64,000 bases of DNA from positions 64,001 to 128,000 of the IMG/VR virus record IMGVR_UViG_3300028591_000078; one strand, 5' to 3'. This DNA is from a virus. Taxonomy: Duplodnaviria > Caudoviricetes. The notes beneath the pieces were generated by a model that was given only the letters and a program-made list of their open reading frames with translations, had not been told where the DNA came from and did not search any database. Positions within the stretch are counted from its first letter, which is position 1, and each line of letters starts with the position of its first letter. The translations under genes and the position numbers were made by a program. This document shows positions 10,587 to 19,574 of this stretch, piece by piece.

Positions 10587-10895
10587 ATGTTCTGGACTAG
10601 ATATAGAATACAAGCTTGGCCTATGAAGGTCAAAGAGTCAATTCTTGCAAAGTCGATAACTTACAAGATAAGACTCAAAGTAAGCTATACTATAAATGGA
10701 GCTCTGGAACTCTATGTATATAATAAAGATATTAAAGAGTTTGATAAGCTCATACAAGGTATATGGTTGTGGTACAGAACCAAAGAAGAGTTTTTGTACG
10801 GCCATTCAGACAACATCGATGATTCATTATTTTTAAAAGGTACGACTCTAATGCGCATAGATAGTGTGTATGGGGTTATCGATATCTTTGATTGA
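10587..10895 (+). CDS. Hypothetical early protein
   Basis: Start moved to the ATG after AAGGAGG, downstream of early promoter 10551-10565. Confidence 0.65.
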   Translation: MFWTRYRIQAWPMKVKESILAKSITYKIRLKVSYTINGALELYVYNKDIKEFDKLIQGIWLWYRTKEEFLYGHSDNIDDSLFLKGTTLMRIDSVYGVIDIFD

Positions 10896-10921
10896 ATCAT
10901 TGTGAGTAATAGGAGGTAAAT

Positions 10922-11500
10922 ATGATAAGAGTATGTACTAGATGGAACTCAGACATAGACAAAGCATTTCAGATCGAGATCAAGAAGCTCGACCTGAAGT
11001 ATAAAAAGGTATCTACGAATACTTATGTAACAAGGAAGCAGAGAGACATTATCCCTTTCAGGATAATGTATGTGTTTCCTGATACCGATAATACTCTTCA
11101 GATCCTTGATATAATCCAGGCTATATATCTGGATAAGAAAGTAATGAAGAGTTTCAACAAAATCAAAGTCGATATTGAGAAAGTCGGCATTGATGAATTC
11201 ATATCTAATACAGCTAATCGCATGAGATATGAGTTGGAGAATGTGAAGAACAGATCTCCACTTTATGCTACTTACAACATAGATCCTAAGCTACCTTTAG
11301 ACCAGGCGGTTAAAAAGATGGCTGAGCTGTCTGTAGCAGAACATATGGAAAGAGGTCTTGACATCCTGCTTCTCAAGAATGATAATTATGTTCTGTATGA
11401 GATGAACAAGGATGAAAATGGCAAGTACGCTGCTACCATAGTTGATAGCGGCATTCTAGAATCCGTCATAGGAGGAAAGGAGATATTCGATGAATCTTGA
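10922..11500 (+). CDS. Hypothetical early protein
   Basis: AGGAGGT RBS, 192 aa. Confidence 0.7.
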   Translation: MIRVCTRWNSDIDKAFQIEIKKLDLKYKKVSTNTYVTRKQRDIIPFRIMYVFPDTDNTLQILDIIQAIYLDKKVMKSFNKIKVDIEKVGIDEFISNTANRMRYELENVKNRSPLYATYNIDPKLPLDQAVKKMAELSVAEHMERGLDILLLKNDNYVLYEMNKDENGKYAATIVDSGILESVIGGKEIFDES

Positions 11501-11597
11501 AGATATGATCAAGGCCATTCAGGCCTTTCAGACAAATATGGAAGTCCTGATTAATGAAGCTGGTGGTGAAAATTCTGATCAGAACACCGAAGCTTAA
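11490..11597 (+). CDS. Small hypothetical protein (35 aa, not in ORF track)
   Basis: AAGGAG RBS, MNLEDMIKAIQAFQTNMEVLINEAGGENSDQNTEA, fills the gap in the operon. Confidence 0.6.
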   Translation: MNLEDMIKAIQAFQTNMEVLINEAGGENSDQNTEA

Positions 11598-11617
11598 GAG
11601 ATATAGGAGGATGTATA

Positions 11618-11983
11618 ATGAAGTTCAAAAGAACCGAAGGATCCAGTAATGATGAGATATCTATAGAGATACTGATTAAATGGGATCAAAAGAATCAGCA
11701 TACTTATATAGATCTCGAACAGCTCTGGAAACTCAGTTATGAGGTTCAAGTAGAGCTGGTGCGTTTTGCAGCTCAGGAATTCATTGCTAGTGCAAAGCGT
11801 GCAGAACACAAGCCTAGCAAGGAATTAGTTGAAGAAGCCATAGGGTTCTTCAATAAGGTATGTAGTATGAATGCTGCAGTATCATTATGTCTTTTAAATG
11901 AACCATATCTTGTATACAAGCATATATTACCGCATGCGACAAAAATCAATAGACTTGCTCATTTATATGGGTTAATTCTTTGA
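11618..11983 (+). CDS. Hypothetical early protein
   Basis: AGGAGG RBS, similar to 12009-12578. Confidence 0.7.
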   Translation: MKFKRTEGSSNDEISIEILIKWDQKNQHTYIDLEQLWKLSYEVQVELVRFAAQEFIASAKRAEHKPSKELVEEAIGFFNKVCSMNAAVSLCLLNEPYLVYKHILPHATKINRLAHLYGLIL

Positions 11984-12008
11984 TGATAAAGAGAGGTAGG
12001 TATAAATA

Positions 12009-12578
12009 ATGAAGTACAAAAGAGAATACAAGATAAACAGTGGGAGAAGAGCAGGGACTCCTAAAATATCTATCAGCATCAAAGTAGAAGGTGATGTTGA
12101 TAAGGTATTAGAAAAAATCTCTTCTATAAGTGATGTATTCGATACTGTAAATAATACTACATCTAAAGCAGTGTTAGATAATATCGAAGACATTGATGAT
12201 TATAATCAAAAATTTCAAACTACTAAAAGTTATAATACAGAAATAGGTCCAAAGAAGAAAAATGTATATTATGATTTAGGCGAAGGTATGACTAAAATAT
12301 CTAGATTACCTGAACATCCTACTGCCGATCTCATAAAAGATGCATATAAAGAATTCATAAAGGCTGCAAACGAGTTTTTAAAACTTGACCCTAAATCTAA
12401 AGGCTATATAGATAAGCTTAATGAAATCGATATATTATATTATAAAGCTTTTAAATTAAGCGCTGGTTTTAATTCTAATTGGATAGAACCAATTGAAGCT
12501 TTTGCTTTAATAACAAAGCTGAATCAGATAAAATATGAGCTTGGACTCTTCCCTGACTACAAACCTGCAGAAGAATAA
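12009..12578 (+). CDS. Hypothetical early protein
   Basis: GAGGT RBS, terminator at 12577-12613. Confidence 0.7.
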   Translation: MKYKREYKINSGRRAGTPKISISIKVEGDVDKVLEKISSISDVFDTVNNTTSKAVLDNIEDIDDYNQKFQTTKSYNTEIGPKKKNVYYDLGEGMTKISRLPEHPTADLIKDAYKEFIKAANEFLKLDPKSKGYIDKLNEIDILYYKAFKLSAGFNSNWIEPIEAFALITKLNQIKYELGLFPDYKPAEE

Positions 12579-12832
12579 AAATAAACGCGGCCTGACAAGC
12601 CGCGTTATTTTTTGTCTCCATATATAGCATTCGTAAAACTAAAAGATTTCAATTATATATTATAATAGTGAATAAGGATAACAGGCATCCTATTCAGTAC
12701 ATAGAAACGAATCTTGGTGATGCAGATTCTCTATGATACTACTTAACAAATCGCCAAATAATAAAAATATCTATTCTGGGATCAAAGCTGATCTAGTCAA
12801 TTAGCTCCCAGCGCATCACAGAAGGAAACACT

Positions 12833-13420
12833 ATGAAAATAACAGTTACTTTAAATGCAGGTATCGAGCTCAATAATGTTGAACTTAAGGGGCTTCATGA
12901 ATCAGAGATTCAGAAAAACTGGGACTGGAGCGGAAACTCCAAGCAGGATCACGGCCGTCGTAGAGAGAATAATCTTGCTCTCGAAAGTCTTAGTGGTGGT
13001 GCTAGGGCGAACTTCGATCTGAATATCAACTTTGATGTTCAGCCTGAGGAGTTGAAGAGCTGCTACAGCTGCATTGAGCAGCTTGTAAAGACGGTGGCAG
13101 ATAGTCACCACCAGACAGCAGAGGCAGTTGAAAAGACTGCAGAAGCGGTCAAGACAGCAGACCTCTCTTCCAAGACAGCAACTTTCGAGCATCCGAACAC
13201 AGATGTTGAAGAAAAGGTCTCCCAATTTATGAGAGAAGCAAGAAAGGTGAGAGAGACAAAGAATGCCGATGTTACCTATGCTCTGTTATTGGGGCATGAA
13301 GCAGTCACGGCATTAAAGAATGATGGGGAAGGAGAGAATGCAGGAACGATATCGGATATCCAGGGCATTATGGATTCATTAAGAAAAAGAATCCATAATG
13401 CAGATGATCATATCATATGA
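12833..13420 (+). CDS. Hypothetical early protein in a self-contained cassette
   Basis: Early promoter at 12656, structured leader of about 160 nt, terminator at 13426-13465. Confidence 0.7.
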   Translation: MKITVTLNAGIELNNVELKGLHESEIQKNWDWSGNSKQDHGRRRENNLALESLSGGARANFDLNINFDVQPEELKSCYSCIEQLVKTVADSHHQTAEAVEKTAEAVKTADLSSKTATFEHPNTDVEEKVSQFMREARKVRETKNADVTYALLLGHEAVTALKNDGEGENAGTISDIQGIMDSLRKRIHNADDHII

Positions 13421-13463
13421 TCATCAAAAAAAATAAACGGGGTACTCATAGCCCCGTTTATTT

Positions 13464-13694
13464 TTACTCATCGAGTAAGAATTCTCCATTATCTGGAAAG
13501 AGTTTAAAGTATGGTGCAGGTATTCTAGGATCTATATTAGTATTCTCTTCTTCATCGTCAGAATACATATAGAGCCAATAGAAGTTCATCTCATAGTCTG
13601 GTTCTATAAATACTATAGTACCTTCTATCTGACATCCTAAGATGTCATCCATTATTCTTACTCGCTGTCCTATTCTATAATTACAAGGTTCCAT
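13464..13694 (-). CDS. Small hypothetical protein (SH3/KOW-like pattern)
   Basis: AAGGAGG RBS, early promoter 13720-13734(-), YRIGQRVRI...EGTIVFI pattern. Confidence 0.65.
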   Translation of the reverse strand: MEPCNYRIGQRVRIMDDILGCQIEGTIVFIEPDYEMNFYWLYMYSDDEEENTNIDPRIPAPYFKLFPDNGEFLLDE

Positions 13695-13856
13695 ATAGAA
13701 TATCCTCCTTTGTTGTATTCATTATGATAATATATAAGTCTAAGTCTAATTAGACAAAATAAAAGAGTGGCATTACGCCACCCTCTTATTTTTTTTAAGA
13801 AAGAAGTAATTCTCTATGAACACTATTTGTCAACCTATTATATAGTTATATCCAAA

Positions 13857-14906
13857 TTAAAAGTTAGCGAGGTCAGGGTTTCCTATAGTAACAACAGGCC
13901 AGCTAGCATTTATATTAGAGTTTCTAGCCATACCAGTAATAGGATTGATAGTAGTATCTTCCATAAGTATAGGATCAGGTCTAGGATAGTTAGGAACAGA
14001 CTGTCCAGTGGTAGTATCGATTACATCAAAGTATCTGTTATTAGGATTAGACTGATCATATACTACTACAGTCTTGATGTTAGGATTATTCTCCAGAAGC
14101 ATTCTATTCTGCTCAGGAGTAATATTAGCAGCATATGTATCATAGCCATCTACTGTTCCCACATCTGCTCTGACCATATTAGCCATATTAGATCCACCCA
14201 TTATAGCACCCTTAGTATCATAGGCAAGTGGGTTATATCCACTAGATATAGGAGTATTGATATATGCATTGTAGAGAGCCTGGATCTGCATATCATCATT
14301 CATAGCATTAGCCTGGTCAAGCTTAAGTGCCTTGATTCTATCAAGATCTAACTTATGACCCTGCTGAATTACAGAGTTCATTTCTCTGATAGCAGATATT
14401 TTAGTAGTGAGCAATGAAGATGCAGTAGATGTAAGATCAGATATATATGTATATCTTCCTTTAAGAGTTCTACTATTTCTTACATTCTCTAATTCAGTAT
14501 GAACCTCATTACTCAGAGCATCTATCTGATATATAGAAGCTTCGAGCATATCATTAGTCTTCTTAAAAGACTGAGCATAAGGTACACTACTATTAGCATA
14601 GCTAATCTCACCATTAGCAGCCATAGCAGCTTCTTCATTAGCCTTAACCATAGCTATATTTTCAGTAGACTGTTCTTTTCTAGGTCTACCACGCTTCTTA
14701 GTAGTTGTAACCTCAGCATGTTCTCCTACTACAGGATCATCTACAAAGACATCCTTTTCAAAGAACTTCATATTTAGAACTGGTTCCATCTCTATTTCGA
14801 TCTTACGAGGCTGAACAGGTTCAGGCATAGGAGCAGAATACTGCTGATAATACTGCTGTTGTGTAGGAGCCTGAGTCTGTATCGGTATAAATGGATTTAT
14901 TGCCAT
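13857..14906 (-). CDS. Hypothetical protein with AT-hook-like KKRGRPRK and coiled coil
   Basis: AAGGAGG RBS, late promoter 14936-14947(-). Confidence 0.7.
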   Translation of the reverse strand: MAINPFIPIQTQAPTQQQYYQQYSAPMPEPVQPRKIEIEMEPVLNMKFFEKDVFVDDPVVGEHAEVTTTKKRGRPRKEQSTENIAMVKANEEAAMAANGEISYANSSVPYAQSFKKTNDMLEASIYQIDALSNEVHTELENVRNSRTLKGRYTYISDLTSTASSLLTTKISAIREMNSVIQQGHKLDLDRIKALKLDQANAMNDDMQIQALYNAYINTPISSGYNPLAYDTKGAIMGGSNMANMVRADVGTVDGYDTYAANITPEQNRMLLENNPNIKTVVVYDQSNPNNRYFDVIDTTTGQSVPNYPRPDPILMEDTTINPITGMARNSNINASWPVVTIGNPDLANF

Positions 14907-15068
14907 AATTATAATCCTCCTTTAAGGAATAAATTTATTAGAATGTTTTCGGATTAACATATTAGTACTGAGAAAGAGTCCAAATAAGTTCCATATGACA
15001 AATTTCCTTTGGGTGTGCCACTGTAGGATCTCCTACAGTGGTCATCTTTTGTTTTTTATATAGCCTGA

Positions 15069-15080
15069 AACATATCAATA
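15069..15080 (+). promoter_or_regulatory. AR9-type late promoter AACA-N6-TA (representative copy)
   Basis: AACA-N6-T[AG] occurs at 1794, 6796-807(-), 14936-47(-), 14956, 15069, 19536, 25241-52(-), 29597-608(-), 34134-45(-), 38440, 42361, 45509, 47530-41(-), 49885-96(-), 49956 and 60526. AACC variants are at 34184 and 50563, and AACT variants occur near 10480, 26018, 33011, 33542 and 48604 (all minus strand). Confidence 0.8.
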
Positions 15081-15123
15081 AGATCATAAACCTACCTAAT
15101 TAGGTGAGTATAGGAGTGATTGT

Positions 15124-17061
15124 ATGTTATTAAAAGATTATCCAGAAGGATATGATCTAACCTTAATGAATACAATGTTTAGGTTCGGAGAGAAAGATCC
15201 GATAACTGATAAGTGGACAGAAAGTTCAATAGATTTGATTATTAAAGATAATCATACAGGAGATAAGTTTGTAGAACATATAGAGAATCCTGATTATGAA
15301 TTCTATATATCTAAAGAAGAACTTCCTCATCATATGTTTTTCATAGATAAGGATGAGTGTGAGAAGATAGTAGTTCCATATAAGAATGTATTAAGGACTA
15401 TAGCGGATTTGACTGGAAACACAAATATGTTCTTCGAGAATATAAGGAATGGATTAAGTAAAGCTAATAAAATACTTCATCAACATCCGAGAGTATTCTT
15501 ATCTGATATGGATATAGAAGATCATTACATGTTTAGATTTGCTAGAGATTATACTAATAGTATTAATCCTATATCTAAAGCATTCTTCGATATAGAGGTT
15601 GACTCAATCAATATGATTGGAGATTTTCCAGAGTTTGGAGAGTGTCCAGTAAATGCAGTATCATTGATAGATGAGTCTAATAATATGGTATATGTATTCT
15701 TCTTAAGGAATGAAGCTAATCCTCTTATAGAGGAGTTTGAGAAGAGTATAGGACCAGAATTAATCAAAGAGTTAAAAGAGTTTCTGACTAATGCAGTAGG
15801 TGGTTGGAAACAAGCTCATAGATTTGGTATAGATACTCTTGATTTCAAATTCTTAGCATATGATGAAAAAGATGAGATCAAGTTAATAGCAGATCTGTTT
15901 AGAGCAATCAATATATTAAAGCCAGACTTTGTATTGGCATGGAATATGGGATTTGATATTCCATATATAATAGAGAGAATCAAGGCTTTAGGATATGATC
16001 CTAAAGATATAATGTGCCATCCAGATTTTCCGGTTAAAGAGGCATATTATGTGATAGATGAGAAAAATAAAAATGAGTTTGCAGAGAGAAACGACTTTGC
16101 AAGGATTAGTTCTTATTCAGTATTTTTAGATCAGCTTATACAGTTTGCATCTAGAAGAAAAGGACAGTCGGCAGTAAAGTCTTATTCTCTGGATGATATA
16201 GGAGATATGGTAGCAGGAGTTAGAAAGTTGAGCTATAAGCATATAACTACTAAGATTGCTGAGTTGCCATATAAAGATTATAAGACATTCATATTCTATA
16301 ATATCATGGATACTATAGTACAGAAGTGTATTGAAAAGAAGACTGGTGATATAGATTTCGTATTTAATAAAGCGATTACAAATAACACCAGATATTCTAA
16401 GATACATCGTCAGACTGTATATCTGGCTAATAGAGCCATTGCTCATTTCTATTCATTAGGATATGTAATGGGTAATAATATTAATGGTGGTAATAAGCCA
16501 GTTAAGTTTGCAGGAGCCTTTGTAGCAGATCCGAAGAAAGCATCTAATTATTCTAGGATAAAGGTTAATGGTATACCTATCAATGCTTATAATAATCTAA
16601 ATGACTTTGACTATAATAGACTTTATCCGAGTATAACTCAGGAGTTTAATATGGCTCCGAATACTCAATATGGTAAGGTTACGATAGTAGATCAGATGGA
16701 TCCGAATGAGAATAGATTTAATAGTGATGTATGGGAAAGACAGATTCAGTATATGGAAGATCTTCAGTCTAATGTATATATAGAATTCTGTCATAGATGG
16801 CTTGGTTTGGCAAGTTATAGTGAACTCATTGATGATATCTTAGAGTATTTTTATACTATAAGAATGAGTCAAAGGCCTATACAAGTATTTAATACTGAAG
16901 GAAAAATAAAACCATTCGAAAGTATACCAGTAAATGGTAAACTTAATCCATTCATTCATATGGATAATATTATAGTAAAGCCATTTGAGCATTATTATCC
17001 ATTAGATCTATCATTAAAGGAGAAAGTGATCAATGCAGTCAATAGTACCAATAGATTTTAG
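15124..17061 (+). CDS. Split family-B DNA polymerase, subunit with 3'-5' exonuclease and motif A
   Basis: ExoI FFDIEVD, ExoII AWNMGFDIPY, ExoIII YNIMD, motif A DFDYNRLYPSI. Motifs B and C are absent. Confidence 0.92.
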   Translation: MLLKDYPEGYDLTLMNTMFRFGEKDPITDKWTESSIDLIIKDNHTGDKFVEHIENPDYEFYISKEELPHHMFFIDKDECEKIVVPYKNVLRTIADLTGNTNMFFENIRNGLSKANKILHQHPRVFLSDMDIEDHYMFRFARDYTNSINPISKAFFDIEVDSINMIGDFPEFGECPVNAVSLIDESNNMVYVFFLRNEANPLIEEFEKSIGPELIKELKEFLTNAVGGWKQAHRFGIDTLDFKFLAYDEKDEIKLIADLFRAINILKPDFVLAWNMGFDIPYIIERIKALGYDPKDIMCHPDFPVKEAYYVIDEKNKNEFAERNDFARISSYSVFLDQLIQFASRRKGQSAVKSYSLDDIGDMVAGVRKLSYKHITTKIAELPYKDYKTFIFYNIMDTIVQKCIEKKTGDIDFVFNKAITNNTRYSKIHRQTVYLANRAIAHFYSLGYVMGNNINGGNKPVKFAGAFVADPKKASNYSRIKVNGIPINAYNNLNDFDYNRLYPSITQEFNMAPNTQYGKVTIVDQMDPNENRFNSDVWERQIQYMEDLQSNVYIEFCHRWLGLASYSELIDDILEYFYTIRMSQRPIQVFNTEGKIKPFESIPVNGKLNPFIHMDNIIVKPFEHYYPLDLSLKEKVINAVNSTNRF

Positions 17062-17686
17062 TATAGTAGAGAGATTGAAAGAAGTTTTCACTCTATTTAA
17101 AGTAATAGACTTCGCCATCATAGAAGGTGGCGGAGTTAATATATATGGTATGAATTATGAGCATAGTATCTTAAAATATACAGTCATAGATCCTATAGCA
17201 GGATTACCGCCACTAGTGATAATAGACTCTTCATCTTTAGCACCAGCTAAATATAAAGAACAGAAATACTTCTTAGTAAACTCTACGGTTATAGTAGCAG
17301 AGTCAGAATTATCTGAATTAGACTTTGTATTCTATTATCAGCATATCTATTCTGGGTACTCTGAAGCTAAGAGTTTATTTAAAGAGATTGCAATCTCCAA
17401 TATAACTTGCCATATAGAGCATATTCAGAAAGAAGCTAGTTTTGCTATGCAGATCTTATCTATGAGAGCTGCAGATGGCGTACAATACTATAAGTATAAT
17501 GGATATATGATGTCCTTATTTGTAGGAATTCTTCCTATAATATCTTCTGATGATGTACAGTTAGATATTATAGATAGACCAGATAATCCATGCTTTATAG
17601 GACGCTTTACAATAAAAAAGAAAAATGGTTTGGTATTAAAAGTATTTCTTAGATTTCTAAAGATAGGAATGAACCCTGTAGCGTAA
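17033..17686 (+). CDS. Putative PCNA/gp45-like sliding clamp (217 aa)
   Basis: Overlaps the 3' end of the polymerase gene. N- and C-terminal segments resemble PCNA by eye, and the size fits a two-domain clamp. Confidence 0.45.
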   Translation: MQSIVPIDFSIVERLKEVFTLFKVIDFAIIEGGGVNIYGMNYEHSILKYTVIDPIAGLPPLVIIDSSSLAPAKYKEQKYFLVNSTVIVAESELSELDFVFYYQHIYSGYSEAKSLFKEIAISNITCHIEHIQKEASFAMQILSMRAADGVQYYKYNGYMMSLFVGILPIISSDDVQLDIIDRPDNPCFIGRFTIKKKNGLVLKVFLRFLKIGMNPVA

Positions 17687-17704
17687 TGCTACAGGGCCAT
17701 TTTT
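17674..17704 (+). terminator. Intrinsic terminator bounding array 1
   Basis: CCCTGTAGC/GCTACAGGG stem plus T tract. Confidence 0.8.
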
Positions 17705-19493
17705 AATTCTTTACGTGCTTATGATAATTAATTATGACTAATTCATTATGAAATCCTGATACTTAATTTACGATAATTCATTATTGACGAATTGATAATT
17801 ATTTCAAATTAATTCATTAGATCATGTTGATATTTAAATCACATTAATTTATTAGTTGTGCGTGATATTTACGTATTGTTAATTCATTAGATTAGGTTGA
17901 TACTTAAATCACATTAATTCATTATGGCACCATGATATTTAAGAATTTTTGATTTAATATTGATATTTAATAATTCTTTACAGCTTCTTGATATTTAACA
18001 GCTTATGACTCAATAGTGTATATTGATATATATTCGCTGTTGGTTCTTTAGACAGAGGAGATACTTAAAGCATAGTAATTCATTAAATAGATTTGATAAT
18101 TAATACTTGCTAATTCATTAAAAGATAGCGATACTTATAATCAGGTAATTCATTAAAACTGCTTGATATTTAGTCCACAATAATTTATTTTATCACTAAT
18201 CTGATATGATACTTTGAACCGATTAACTCTTTAGTAGTCTTTGATAATTTAAAGTAATTGATTCATTTACGATTTTTGATGGTTATATATAAATGATTCT
18301 ATAGCTGCCTGATGATACTTAGAGTATGATAATTCATTACAAGTTACTGATAATTTACCTCCTAATAATTCTATACCTCCAACTGATATTTAAATGAATA
18401 TGGTTCATTAGCGCAAATTGATATTTACGGATCAGTAATTCTTTATATGGTAATGATACTTATGAGCATGTAATTCGATAATCGCTTTTGATATGTAATA
18501 ATGTCTGGCTCATTTAATGTTAATGATACCTACACCATTGTAATTCATTAATGATTATTGATATTTAAAACTTTTTGATTCATTAGTATTCATTGATATA
18601 ACCTTATATTCTTATAATTCTATACCTCCAGTTGATACTATAAATACTATGGCTCATTAAAGCAAATTGATACTTACAAATCGCTGATTCATTATCGCAC
18701 CCTGATACTTACAGATTAATAATTCATTATCGCACCCCTGATATTTATTTACCGGTGATTCATTACATTTATTTGATGCATACATGTCAATAATTCATTA
18801 ACATACCTTGATATTTATTTACTGGTGATTCATTAGCTCATATTGATACTTAAAATTCGGTAATTTATTAATTTTATTTGATACTTTCTTTTCTTCAATT
18901 CTTTAACGTAATATGATAATTGCCTTCCTGTGAATCATTATAATATAGTGATACTTATAAAAAGGTGATTCATATTCTTTACGGCGACTTGATAGTTATT
19001 TCTGCTTAACTCATTAACACTGGTTGATATTTACTTGCCTGTGATTCATTAGCTCCAAATGATACTTATGTTTATGTGGTTCATTACTATAATATGATAT
19101 TTTGAATTCACTAATTTATTTAAATTTGTTTGATTCATTATCTATTCCTGATACTTATATCAAACTGTTTCATTGTGCGTTCATGATATTTAGATTTGTT
19201 TGATTCATTTCATATCTATGATATTTTGTGGATTATGATTCAATAGCGTTTCATTGATGCTTATTTTTGTATAATTCATTAAAAGTAAATGATACTTACT
19301 ACCTTTTTGATTCATTACCTTTCGTTTGATGTTTAAGTTCCATTAACTCATTATGCGGCTGTGATATTTACTATTTTTTAATTCATTAAATCGTTTTGAT
19401 ACTTATACAAAATTGGATCTTTTTGTTACATTGATACATATAAAAGTATAATTCAATTTGTACTAATGATACTTAGTGATGCATGATTCATTA
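17704..19493 (-). ncRNA. TIGR-like dual-repeat guide-RNA array 1 (about 50 units of 35 nt)
   Basis: Plus strand reads TRATTCATTA-N8-TGATAYTTA-N8 repeated, with no ORF. An early promoter on the minus strand abuts the right end. Confidence 0.8.
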
Positions 19494-19527
19494 ATATAAT
19501 ATACAGCCCAAAAACCCTTTATTTACG
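19489..19527 (-). promoter_or_regulatory. Early-type promoter driving array 1
   Basis: Minus strand reads CGTAAATAAAGGGTTTTTGGGCTG-TATATTAT-ATTAA-TG, matching the early consensus including the upstream CGTAAA...TTT element. Confidence 0.7.
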
Positions 19528-19574
19528 AAAAGGTGAACATATTAATAATCTATAGAAAGGAGCTGATTATAACA

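Noticed and set aside
18156-18180. Joined spacers (ttgtggac + aaactgct) containing a DnaA-box-like TGTGGACAA
   Set aside because: One 9-mer among more than 80 pairs in an assumed geometry is compatible with chance.
17704-19493. CRISPR array
   Set aside because: The repeats are 9-10 nt and of two alternating kinds with 8-nt spacers, far from CRISPR geometry, and there are no cas genes in the window.
17704-19493. Repeat-protein gene or pseudogene, or iteron origin
   Set aside because: The 35-nt period is not a multiple of 3 and stops fill all frames. An origin is not excluded, but two copies, a dedicated promoter, bounding terminators and a Nop-domain gene favour RNA.
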